Of a DNA stretch of 64,000 bases, positions 1-9,492 are shown piece after piece (position 1 is the first letter of the stretch; each line of letters opens with the position of its first letter). A program made the position numbers and the translations under genes. Source of the stretch: Polyangiales bacterium (GTDB lineage Bacteria > Myxococcota_A > Polyangia > Polyangiales > Ga0077539); assembly GCA_046351515.1 (NCBI GenBank), contig JAXLYJ010000005.1, positions 50,892 to 114,891 on the forward strand, in the 5' to 3' direction. The notes under the pieces were generated by a model. That model did no database searches. It was not told the DNA's origin and worked only from the letters and a program-made list of their open reading frames with translations.

Positions 1-1380
1 CTGGTGTACGCGACGATGGCGCTGTCTCCGTTCGCGAGCCTGCAGCCCTCGACGCGCGGCTCGCTGAGCCAGCTGCTGCTCGCCGTCCCGCGCTCGGCGA
101 ACGGGACGCTCCAGCTCGCGCGCGCCGTCGCGCCGTCGATCGAGAGCGCTCCCGCATAGAGCACTCCGACGCGCGGGCCAGCGTTGCTGGCGGCGTCTGC
201 GCGCGCGCCTGCGTCGTTCGCGGCGCTCGTCACGCTCGCGTCCTGGCTCGCGCCTGCGTCGGTGCTGCTGGCGCTGCTCGGCGCAGGGCGCTCGCCGAGC
301 GCGATCACGACGTCGCCGATCACCCAGCCGCCGCCGCGGCGATTTGAAATCGTGTGCGCAGAAACAAGCTGGCTCTGCCGCGCCTCATCGAGCGCGCCCT
401 CTGCGGTCCTCGCGCGGACCGAGACGGTGAGCTCGGGGCGCGGATCGTTGAAGGACAAGAGCGCGACGCTCTGCTGCGAGACGTGGCCGCCGACGATCGC
501 TTCGCCAATCGAGAGCTGCGGCTCGAGGTAGCCGTGCGTGCTCGGGTCGTTGCCGTTCGCGCGGCCAGAGTAGAGCGCGGGTTGGCCATCGTCGGCGCTG
601 CCGAGCCACGGGGGGCGAACGAAATCCGCGGGGCGCGTGCGGCGGCAGTCGAACTGCGAGAGGCCCTGCGCGCCGCCGTCGTTGGCGAACGTGCACACCC
701 GTCGTTCGCTCAGCCCGAAGAGCACGCGCAGCGTCGAAGACTGAAGCGCGTCCTGCGCGAGCGCCTTGGCGTTGTCGGGCCCCGCGAGCACCGCGTCGAG
801 CAGCGGAGCGCTCGCAGGCTGCGCCTGCGCGGGGGCGCGGCGATGCTGCCCGTCGATCGGCCGGGCGGCAGCTGCGCTTGCGAGACCGCGGCCCACAGCT
901 CGTCGAGGTACTTGCGACGATCTTCGCGCCCGGTGTGAAGCTGGCCCGATTCGAGGTCCGTCGCCGCTTGCGAGACGATCATCGCGAGGATGCGATGCCC
1001 GCGGTCGTCGCTCTTGGAGTCGAACAGCGCGCGGGTCACACGCTCGCGAACGTCGCGCAGCGGTAGGGCCACTGCGAGCGCCGCTCGGCCGCCGGCAATC
1101 GCGCGACGCTCGTGGGCTGTCCGAGCTCGATCCGCCGCGCGGTGCGCGCGATCTGACCGAGCTCGGTCTCGCGCGGAACGAGGCATCGAGACAAATCCGC
1201 CCACGCGTCGGCCGCGCGCTGCAGCTGCTCGGTCTTGCGCTGCGTGGCGTTGCGGTTGTTGAGCGTGTAGGCGCCCGCGACGGCCAGGACGCCGACCGCG
1301 ACGGCCACGAGGGTCTTGGCAGAAGGGCCCGTGCGGACGGGTTCGAGGTCCAGGTCGTTCGACGAGTCGTTGTCGCTCAT
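1..1380 (-). CDS. hypothetical membrane-anchored protein; its 3' end runs off the window start; frame broken several times
   Basis: ATG at 1380 is followed by one TM-like helix (TLVAVAVGVLAVAGAYTL) in ORF 1036..1380. The coding-like (non Arg-rich) translation continues in other minus-strand frames (710..1486, then down to nt 1). No recognisable family. Confidence 0.3.
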
Positions 1381-1558
1381 GGTGGGGCTCGCGGAGGGAC
1401 ACCGGGGTCGTGGGGATGTTCCCGAAGCGCGCGGCAGAGTGCGTCGCGCGCTCGTTGGCGTACCTGTCGAGTCGGCTCAGGGTCAACGACGCGCCGTCGA
1501 ATCAACGCGCGCGAACGCGCGGCGGAGCACGGACGAACGCGTGGCGACTGACCAGCGG

Positions 1559-2956
1559 TCAGCCTTTGTTTTTTCTCGCAGAAATGCGCGCGATGGCCTC
1601 GTGCGCCGCCGCCTCGACCCGCGCCTTCGCCGGCGCCCCCACGAGGTCGCGCCGCTCGACCGCGCGCTCGGGCTCGAGGACCGGAAAGATCCCTTCGTCG
1701 AACGCCGCGTGCTCTTCGCGGTACACGCTCAGCGGGAGGCTCGGCAGGTCCGTCTTCTGCTCGATCGCCCGCGCCACGAGCCGCCCTGCGACCGCGTGCG
1801 CCTCTCGAAACGCGACGCCCTTCTCGACGAGGTAGTCGGCGACCTCCGTCGCGTTGACGAAGCCCGCGTCGAGCGCCCGCCGCATGCGATCCGCGTTGAA
1901 CCGCATGGCGAGCACCACGCGCTCGAGCACCTCGAGGCACATCGAGACCTGCTTGACCGCGTCGAACACCGGAGGCTTGTCCTCTTGGAGATCGCGGTTG
2001 TACCCGAGCGGAAGCCCCTTGAGCGTGACGAGCAACGCCATCAGGTCGCCGACGACGCGGCCCGTCTTTCCGCGGACGACCTCCGCGACGTCGGGGTTCT
2101 TCTTCTGCGGCATCATCGACGAGCCGGTCGTGTGCGCGTCGGCCATCTCGACGAAGGCGAACTCTTGCGTGCTCCAGAGCACGAGCTCCTCTGCGAGCCT
2201 CGACAAGTGCGTCTGCGTGATCGCGAGCGCGGCGAGCAGCTCCGCGAGAAAATCTCGGTCCCCCGTCGCGTCGATCGAGTTGCGCATCGGGCGATCGAAG
2301 CCCAGCGACTTCGCGGTGCGCTCTCGGTCGAGCTTGAACGTCGTGCCCGCCACCGCGCCCGATCCCAACGGCGACTCGTTGAGCCGCTTGCGGCAATCGC
2401 TCAGCCGTCCGTGATCTCGGTCGAGCATCTCGACGTACGCGAGCAAGTGATGCGAGAGGCGCGAGGGCTGCGCGCGCTGCAAGTGCGTGTACGCAGGCAT
2501 GAGCACGTCGAGCTGCTCGGCCGCGCGCTGGGCGAGGGCGAGGGCCAGCGAGTCCACCAGCGCGGCGACGCGGTCGCACGCGTCGCGCGACCAAAGGCGC
2601 AGGTCCGTCGCGACCTGATCGTTGCGCGAGCGGCCGGTGTGCAGGCGAGCGCCCGCGGTTCCGATGCGCTCGGTGAGCGTGGCCTCGACGTTCATGTGGA
2701 CGTCTTCGCGCGCCGGATCGAAGTGAAACGCGCCCTTGCCGAGCTCGTCCTTGATCGCTCCGAGCCCCGCCGTGATCGCGTCGCGCTCTTGCTCGGTGAG
2801 CACGCCGATCGCGCAGAGCATCTCGGCGTGCGCGATCGAACCGCGGACGTCGACCTCGCCGAGGTGCTTGTCGACCTCGACGCTGACGAGAAAATTCGAC
2901 GCGACCTCGTCGAGGTCTTCCGTGAACCTGCCGCCCCAAGCCTTGTGCGTGGACAT
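1559..2956 (-). CDS. argH: argininosuccinate lyase
   Basis: 465-aa ORF with full-length similarity to the ArgH/fumarase-II lyase family. Contains the signature region GSSMMPQKKNPD and the N-terminus MSTHKAWGGRF, typical of ArgH. Confidence 0.95.
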   Translation of the reverse strand: MSTHKAWGGRFTEDLDEVASNFLVSVEVDKHLGEVDVRGSIAHAEMLCAIGVLTEQERDAITAGLGAIKDELGKGAFHFDPAREDVHMNVEATLTERIGTAGARLHTGRSRNDQVATDLRLWSRDACDRVAALVDSLALALAQRAAEQLDVLMPAYTHLQRAQPSRLSHHLLAYVEMLDRDHGRLSDCRKRLNESPLGSGAVAGTTFKLDRERTAKSLGFDRPMRNSIDATGDRDFLAELLAALAITQTHLSRLAEELVLWSTQEFAFVEMADAHTTGSSMMPQKKNPDVAEVVRGKTGRVVGDLMALLVTLKGLPLGYNRDLQEDKPPVFDAVKQVSMCLEVLERVVLAMRFNADRMRRALDAGFVNATEVADYLVEKGVAFREAHAVAGRLVARAIEQKTDLPSLPLSVYREEHAAFDEGIFPVLEPERAVERRDLVGAPAKARVEAAAHEAIARISARKNKG

Positions 2957-2989
2957 GTGATCTTCCGTGCTTGTTGAATGTGTGTGTTG

Positions 2990-5027
2990 TTATTCGAGTC
3001 GCGCTTCGAGGTCGTACGCGCCCGTGTTGTTGCGATCGAAGCCGTCGACGATGATCGAGTACGCGCCCGGCTCGACGTCGAGCTGCGCGCGCGCGCGATG
3101 TCCTGCGCGTTTTCGAGCGCGCACGCCAGCTCGGTGCCTTGCCGCTCGCACACGCGCCGAACGCTCAGCACCGCGTCGAAGCTCCGCCCGCGAAGCTCGA
3201 CCACGAGCCGCCCTCGTCGATTGACGTTCACCGTGTGCACGCGCTCGCCGCTGCGCGCGCCGTGGCCGCACGAGGCCTGCAGTCGATCGATCCGCCCCAC
3301 GGTCGTCCCGCTCGTGCGAACCGCGAGGGGCAACGGCAGCGCCTCGCGGCACGCTGACTCCACGGGCTCGGCGTCGAGCGCCTCGAGGGTGAACGCGAAC
3401 TGCCCAAAATCATTGGGCGTCGCGCCGTCGACCACGAGAAAGTGCGTCCCCGCGGGCAGCAGCGCGTCGACCATCGTCCCGCGCGCGCACGCAAACTCGC
3501 CCACCGGCGCCGAGCCCGTCGCCGCGCAGCCGCGCACGAATCCGAGGCCCACCGTCGCGTCCGAGTTCACGATGCCTTCGGCCGCGAGCGTCGCGCGCAC
3601 GAGCGCCCTGCGCGGGAGCGTGAAGCGAAACATCTGATCGGGGCCGTTGCCCCCGCACGTAAGCGAGATGTCGTCGCGCGCGGCGAAGGTGTCTCCCTCG
3701 GTCTTCTGCGACAGGTTGATGTGCGGCGCGTCCGCGCAGCGATCGCCGCTCACGCCCGAACCCTCCGCCGGAGCGCTCTCGACCGCGAGCGTAAACGCCC
3801 CGTGCGCGTCGGCGCTGTAGCCATCGACGGTGACCGCGTAGCGACCGGCTTGCAGCGTCCGCGCGACGCGCGCGTGAAAGCGATCGTCGGCGTCGTCGTT
3901 GCACACGACCTCGGACTCGGGGTCCGCGCACGCCGAGCGAATGTACACGCCGGTGTCCCACCGCCCCTCGCTCTCGACGGTGACCCGCACGCGCGACGGC
4001 TGCGCGAGCGCGAGCGCGTACGTCACGTCCGGCGCAGGAAACCGGCTCGACGCGCAAGACCCGTGCAGCACGTCCGCGAGGCCCTCGGTCGTCCCGTGCA
4101 TCACCACGCCAGGCTCGATCGATCGCGCGCGCGCGCACACGTCCGCGGCCTCGGGCGACTCGGCCTCGTTGGTGGTGAGCGTGTACGCCCCGCGCGATCC
4201 GTCTCCGACCGCCTCGACGAACACGTAGTAGCGCCCTGGATCGAGCGTCGTGTCGATGCGCGCAGGGCCTCCGTCGCGCGGAACCGAGCACTCGAGCGTC
4301 GGTCCGTCGAAGGTGTTCGCGCCCGCGCCTCCGCCCGCGCACGAGCGGCGAACATAGAGCGCGCGCTGTCCTTCGCCCGTCGCCACGAGCTGCACGCGCT
4401 GCCGACGCTCGACCTCGATCACGTGAACGACGTCGGGGTTGCGCCCCGCGGCGCAGGTCGCTCCCGCGTTGTCCTGCGCGCTCACGAGCGAGCCCGTCAG
4501 CGCGTCCGCCGAGCTCGAGCGGCAGCGGATTGACGCACGTCCCGCGGGTCGAGCTCTCACCCGAGCGCTCGTCGTCGCGGTCCCACAGCGCGTACGCGTA
4601 CGCGCCTTGGCCGTCGCGCGCCGAGACCGCGAAGCGAAACGTCCCCGAGCCCGCCGCGCAATAGCCCACGCTCGCAGCGCGCGCTGGTCAAGCTCTGCAC
4701 CGCGCGCACGCCGTCCGGCGTGTAGAGCGCCGCTTCGAGGTTCACGCCGTCCGAGGCGCCGAGCGCGACGATGCGGTAGCAGTGCCCCGCGCGCAGCCGA
4801 GCGAGGTGCGAGCGCGTCTGGCCTCGACGGATCGTCGCGTCTTCCGTGGCGCCGACCGGCGCGTATCCGAGCGAGTCCATCGTCGCCCGGTGCCCAGGCA
4901 GGACGGTGCTCGTCTTGGGCGCGGAGGGCGCGCACGCCGGATGCGCCCAAGCCAACGCACACACAATCAACAGCGACGTACGTACGGTGCGCGCAGCGGC
5001 CAGCGCGCTCGTCCACGGAGGCGCCAT
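2990..5027 (-). CDS. secreted protein with about five tandem PPC-like (pre-peptidase C-terminal) beta-sandwich domains; frame broken at ~4650 and ~3350
   Basis: Signal peptide MAPPWTSALAAARTVRTSLLIVCALAWAHPACA in ORF 4557..5027. Repeated ~100-aa units ending GRYYVFVEAVG..GAYTL, GRYAVTVDGYS..GAFTL, GTHFLVVDGAT..FAFTL and GAYSIIVDGFD..GAYDLEARLE span three frames (4557..5027, 2692..5016, 2990..3352). The flanks of the 774-aa ORF are Arg-rich junk. Confidence 0.55.
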
Positions 5028-5031
5028 GGGA

Positions 5032-6703
5032 TCAGTAGTACTGCTTGCGCTTGGCGCTCGAGAGGATGCCCATCATCTCGCGGTACTTCGCGATGGTCCT
5101 GCGCGCGATGATGATCTTCGACTGCTCTTCGAGCTTCTTGGCGATCGCCTCGTCCGAGAGCGGGTTCTTTGGGTCTTCTTCCGCGATGATCTTCTTGATC
5201 GCCTGCTTGACCGACTCGCTCGCGATGTCCTCGTCGGCCATGCGTCGGATCGAGCTGTTGAAGAAGTATTTGAGCTCGAAGATCCCGCGCGGCGTGTGGA
5301 CGTACTTGTTCGTCGTGACGCGCGAGATCGTGCTCTCGTGCATCCCGACGGTCTCGGCCACGTCGCGAAGGATCATGGGCTTGAGGTACTCGACGCCCTT
5401 CTCGAAGAACTCGTGCTGCTTCTCGACGATGCACTGCGTGACCTTGACGATCGTGCGCTGCCGCTGGTCGAGCGAGCGGACAAACCACCGCGCCGAGGCG
5501 AGCTTGTTCTGCACGAACTCCTTGGCCTTCGGGTCCTTCATCAACGCCTGCGCCTGCTCGACGTTGATCTTGAGCTTCGGCAGCCCGTCGTCGTTCGTCG
5601 TGACGGCGTACCCGTCCGAGGTCTTCACGACGTACACGTCGGGCGAGACGTACGGAGGATCTTCAGTGCTGAAGTTGCGACCCGGTCGCGGCTCGAGCGT
5701 GCCGATCAGCTTCGAGGCGTCGTACACGTCGTTGAGGTCGCACTTGAGGTCTTTCGCGATCGCCTGAAAATTGCGGCGCTCGATGTGCTGCAGGTGCTTG
5801 TCGATCACCTGCCAGACGATGGTCTCTTCGTCGTAGCCGAACGCCTCGGCTTGCACGAGCAAGCACTCGCGCAGGTCGCGTGAGGCGACGCCGACAGGGT
5901 CGAGCGACTGGATCAACCGCAGGACTTCTTCGGCGTCTTCGGGGTGCAGCCCGCTTCGCGCGCGAGGTCTTCGAGCGTGATCGTCTGCGCGCGCGGGACT
6001 TCTCGTTGGCGGCGATGTCCGCGGCCGAGAGGTTGGTGACCGGCTCTTCGGCCTTCTTCTTCTTCTTTTTGCCGTGCTCTTCGTCGTCGTCCGACTCGCT
6101 CGGCTCGTCCCACTGCGAGTGGCTCTCTTCGCGGTCGGCCTTCTTCTTCTTCTCGCGCTCCTTCTCGGGAGCGTCGCCGCGAAGCCGCAAGTAGCCGTTG
6201 TCGTCGAGGTTGTGCACGACGAGCATCGCGAAGGTCATCTCTTCGTTCGTGAGGTTCGAGAGACGAAGCTGGTCCATCAAGTGATCGGAGAGCGACGAGC
6301 GCGAGCTCAGCGTCGCTTCGAGCGAGGGCAGCTCTTCGCTCGACAAGCGGCCGCCGCCCGAGGGGACCGGCGCTTGATTGGCGTACGACTCGAGAAAGCG
6401 CTCCCAATACTCTTCTTGCTTGCTCTCGCTCGCCGCGCGCTTCTCTTCGTGGTTGTGCACCGCCTGCTCGCGGCGCTCTTCGAGCGCGGCGATGTCGTCG
6501 ATCGTCGGGGTCGAGTCGGCGTCCTTCGCGCGCGCCTCGCCCTCGGCAGCCTCGTCGAGAATCGGGTTCTCCGTGAGCTCTTCACGGATCTGATCGATCA
6601 GCTCGAGCCGAGACAGCTGGAGCAGTTTGATCGCCTGCTGCAGCTGCGGCGTCATCACGAGCTGCTGCGACATGTTCAGGCCGAGGCCGAGCTTCCCTTC
6701 CAT
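5032..6703 (-). CDS. rpoN: RNA polymerase sigma-54 factor
   Basis: N-terminal region I MEGKLGLGLNMSQQLVMTPQLQQAIKLLQLSRLEL, an acidic region II, then LIQSLDPVGVASRDLRECLLVQ and the C-terminal RpoN box ARRTIAKYREMMGI. Two single-base deletions near 5945 and 5990 split the gene between ORFs 5032..5916, 5913..6407 and 5663..7504. Confidence 0.9.
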
Positions 6704-6794
6704 CGCTGCACCCAATGATCGACGTGGCGTTTGACCGCGAAAAACTCCCCTGGCGACAACACATCGTTTGGGGACGACCGAAACATAAACGCTC

Positions 6795-6809
6795 GGCACC
6801 CTCCTTGCA
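6795..6809 (+). promoter_or_regulatory. sigma-54 type -24/-12 promoter motif (GGCAC-N5-TTGCA), reading antisense into the 3' end of the dynamin-like gene
   Basis: cGGCACcctccTTGCAcg has the consensus GG and GC at exactly the canonical 12-nt spacing. It lies in the rpoN upstream intergenic region on the strand opposite both flanking genes. Confidence 0.35.
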
Positions 6810-6840
6810 CGATGATTGTGCACGCCCCCGACGAATGCGT

Positions 6841-9492
6841 TCAGCGCGCGAACGTGACCGGCGGCGCGACGTAATCGCTGAGCGACTCGCGCGCGACGGC
6901 GATCGCCGATCGAACGAGGTCGTCTGCTCCTTCGTCGCGACGCTCGACGCGCAGCACCGCTTGCTCGAGCGCTGCGAACGGGTCGCTGGCGATCACGACG
7001 AACGGCGGGCTCCCGCTCGCCGCGTCGCGCGCACCTTCGACCGCGGCGTGATCGATGGATTGAACGACCAGCGCCGTCACGAGCGCGGCGCTCTCTTCGC
7101 GCACGACGCCGGACTCGACCGCGAGCCGCTCGAGCTCGACGAGCCCGCCGCGCAGCTCGCCGAGCACCCGCTGACGAACACGCCAGGTGACCTCCGCCGC
7201 CGCGTCCGTCGCGAGCACGTTCGCGTCCGCCGCCCGCGCGCGATCGCGGCGCTCGAGCCCGCGCAGCTGCTCGATGAGCGTCCCGGCCACCTCGCGGCGC
7301 ACCGCAGAGAGAACGCCCGGAAGCTGCTCTCGCAACACGGCGATCATCGCGAGCAGCGCGTCGCGGCGCTCGTCGGTGCGTCGCGCGCGCTCGGCGGACT
7401 CGTCGAGCGCGCGCTCGGCCTCGGCGAGCACTTGCGCCGTCCGCCTCGCCACGCGCAGCTGCTTCCACGCGGCGCGCTGCGCGACGAGGTGCTCGTCGAT
7501 CCACGCGAGCAGCGGCGCGAAGCCCGAGGTCACGAGCTTGAGCTTCGCCGCTTGTTTTTCAGCGTCCGATCGCGTCGGATCCTCGATCACGAGCTGCGCG
7601 GCGAGCGCTTCTTTCGCGCTCACCGAGGTCACGAGCGGCGCGAGGTCTTTGAACGCCTCGCGCACGACGTTGGCCAGCGGCGTGAGCTCGTTGGCCTTCA
7701 CGAAGTCGATCTTGTTGAGCACGCCGAGCACGGGAAGCCCGCCGTCGGCAGCCTCTTGAAGAGGGCCGGTCTCGCTCATTTTTCCGGCCTGGCGCGCGTC
7801 GAAGAGCCACAGCGCGATGTCGGCCATCGCGAACGCCGAGCGCACCGCTTTCTCGTGCGCCGCGTCGCCGGCGTTGAAGCCCGGCGTGTCGATCAGCTCG
7901 ACGCGCGCAAGCCTCGGCGCGGGCCAGTTGACCTCGACGTAGTCCACTCCGGCTCCGCTCTCGCGGGCTCGCTCCACGACCGATGGCGCCGCGTCGATCG
8001 TGCACACGACGGACGACCCTCGGCCGTCGACAACTCGCGCCGAGCGCTCTCCGTGCCGCAGCCAGTGAACGTGCGCCGTCGTCGGAAGCACGCCCATCGG
8101 CGAGACCGTCGCGCCCACCAGGGCGTTGAGAAACGTGGATTTTCCCGCGCTGAACTCGCCGAGCAGCGCCACCCGCAGCGGCTCGTCGAGCTCTCGCCTC
8201 CGCACGCGCAGCTCGCGCTCGACCGCCGTGAGCGCCGCGCTGTTGCGCGCGAGCAGCGCGAGGTCATCGAGCAGGTCCGCCAGCTTGTGATCCCATCGCG
8301 CTCGAAGCAGCGCGCGGTATCGCTGCGCGGCGATCGAGGCCGTTCGCTCATCGGAGAACGCTGGCCCGAGCGCGCTCTGCGCGGCGATCGGGTCGAGGTC
8401 GGTCCGCTCGGGCTTCGCTTCAGCGAGCGCCTTCACCGCAGCAGAACCCAGGCGATGGGGCGCTTCATTGGCCCACCGCTCGGCCACCGCGGGCGCCGCC
8501 GCGAGCGTCGTCTCGATCGCCAGCGGCCAGAGCGCGTCGGGGATGCCCGCGCCGTTCACCGCCTCGAGCGCGCTCACGGCCGAGCGGTCTCCAGCGCCGA
8601 GCGCCACGAGCGCGCGGGTGAGCTCGGCGAGCGCTCCTTGCGCCTCGGCCACGAAGCGCTCGAGCGCAGTCGAGTCCTTCGCGCGATACAGCGCGAGCGT
8701 GAGCGCGGCGATCGCGTCGTGCTCTCCGACGAGCCACGCGCGGCGCAAGAGCTTGATCGCGAGCGGGAGGTTGTTGAGCGCGAGGGCGACCTCGCCTGCC
8801 TCGCGGTTGAGCGCGCCGTTGGCCGCGTCGAGCGTCGCGACCGCGCGCTCGATCGCCCGCGTGCACTGCCCCTGATCGCCGCGCGCGAGCGCGTCTCGCG
8901 CGAGCAAGAGCCACGCTGCGCCGAGCTTCGGATCGACCACCGTGGCGCTTCGCGCGAGCTGCAGCGCGCCTGCCGATCCTCCCTTCGCCAGCAGCGATCG
9001 AGCGGCGTTGAGCAGGTGCTTCGCGGTGCTCGGGTCGCGGTCGCTCGTGCGTGCGCGCGCTTGCGTGGCGAGCTCGATCGCGCGTCGCTCGTCGCCGGTC
9101 GCCGCGGCGAACTCGCACATGCGCGCGAGCGAGAGCGGAGGCAGCACGCGCTCGCGCGAGACGTCCGCGAGCGTCGAGAGCGCCGCAGCGGCGTCGCCGC
9201 GCGCGAAGAGGGCGTCGGCCTTGAGCTGCGCAGCGCGGAGAAAGAGCGGAGCTGCCGCGAGGGCGTTCTCTGCGGCGCGCAGCGCCCCGTCGGGGTCTCC
9301 TGCGGCGAGCAGCGCTTCGCCGCGCTTGGCGAGGTTGGTCACCTCGTCCGACGGGGGAATGATCGAATCGAGAAAGCGCTCGACGCGTTCGAAGAGAGCC
9401 ACGGGCTTCGCGGGCGGATCCGGCACGGGCGCAGCGTACCCCTCCGTCGAACAACATTGAACCGTGCTACACACGCCGGCCGCATCGAGCAT
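6841..9492 (-). CDS. TPR-repeat protein fused to a bacterial dynamin-like GTPase domain
   Basis: The N-terminal ~430 aa are Ala/Leu-rich TPR-like helical repeats. The C-terminal half has GTPase motifs G1 GEFSAGKST, G3 DTPG and G4 NKID, with dynamin-family organisation. The true start is uncertain (ORF 6841..9558; murJ starts divergently at 9491). Confidence 0.65.
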   Translation of the reverse strand: MLDAAGVCSTVQCCSTEGYAAPVPDPPAKPVALFERVERFLDSIIPPSDEVTNLAKRGEALLAAGDPDGALRAAENALAAAPLFLRAAQLKADALFARGDAAAALSTLADVSRERVLPPLSLARMCEFAAATGDERRAIELATQARARTSDRDPSTAKHLLNAARSLLAKGGSAGALQLARSATVVDPKLGAAWLLLARDALARGDQGQCTRAIERAVATLDAANGALNREAGEVALALNNLPLAIKLLRRAWLVGEHDAIAALTLALYRAKDSTALERFVAEAQGALAELTRALVALGAGDRSAVSALEAVNGAGIPDALWPLAIETTLAAAPAVAERWANEAPHRLGSAAVKALAEAKPERTDLDPIAAQSALGPAFSDERTASIAAQRYRALLRARWDHKLADLLDDLALLARNSAALTAVERELRVRRRELDEPLRVALLGEFSAGKSTFLNALVGATVSPMGVLPTTAHVHWLRHGERSARVVDGRGSSVVCTIDAAPSVVERARESGAGVDYVEVNWPAPRLARVELIDTPGFNAGDAAHEKAVRSAFAMADIALWLFDARQAGKMSETGPLQEAADGGLPVLGVLNKIDFVKANELTPLANVVREAFKDLAPLVTSVSAKEALAAQLVIEDPTRSDAEKQAAKLKLVTSGFAPLLAWIDEHLVAQRAAWKQLRVARRTAQVLAEAERALDESAERARRTDERRDALLAMIAVLREQLPGVLSAVRREVAGTLIEQLRGLERRDRARAADANVLATDAAAEVTWRVRQRVLGELRGGLVELERLAVESGVVREESAALVTALVVQSIDHAAVEGARDAASGSPPFVVIASDPFAALEQAVLRVERRDEGADDLVRSAIAVARESLSDYVAPPVTFAR

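Noticed and set aside
1316-2977. 553-aa plus-strand ORF and 520-aa minus-strand ORF (1377..2939) overlapping argH
   Set aside because: Both overlap the unambiguous argH frame (1559..2956) and give Arg-rich low-complexity translations. They are alternative-frame artefacts.
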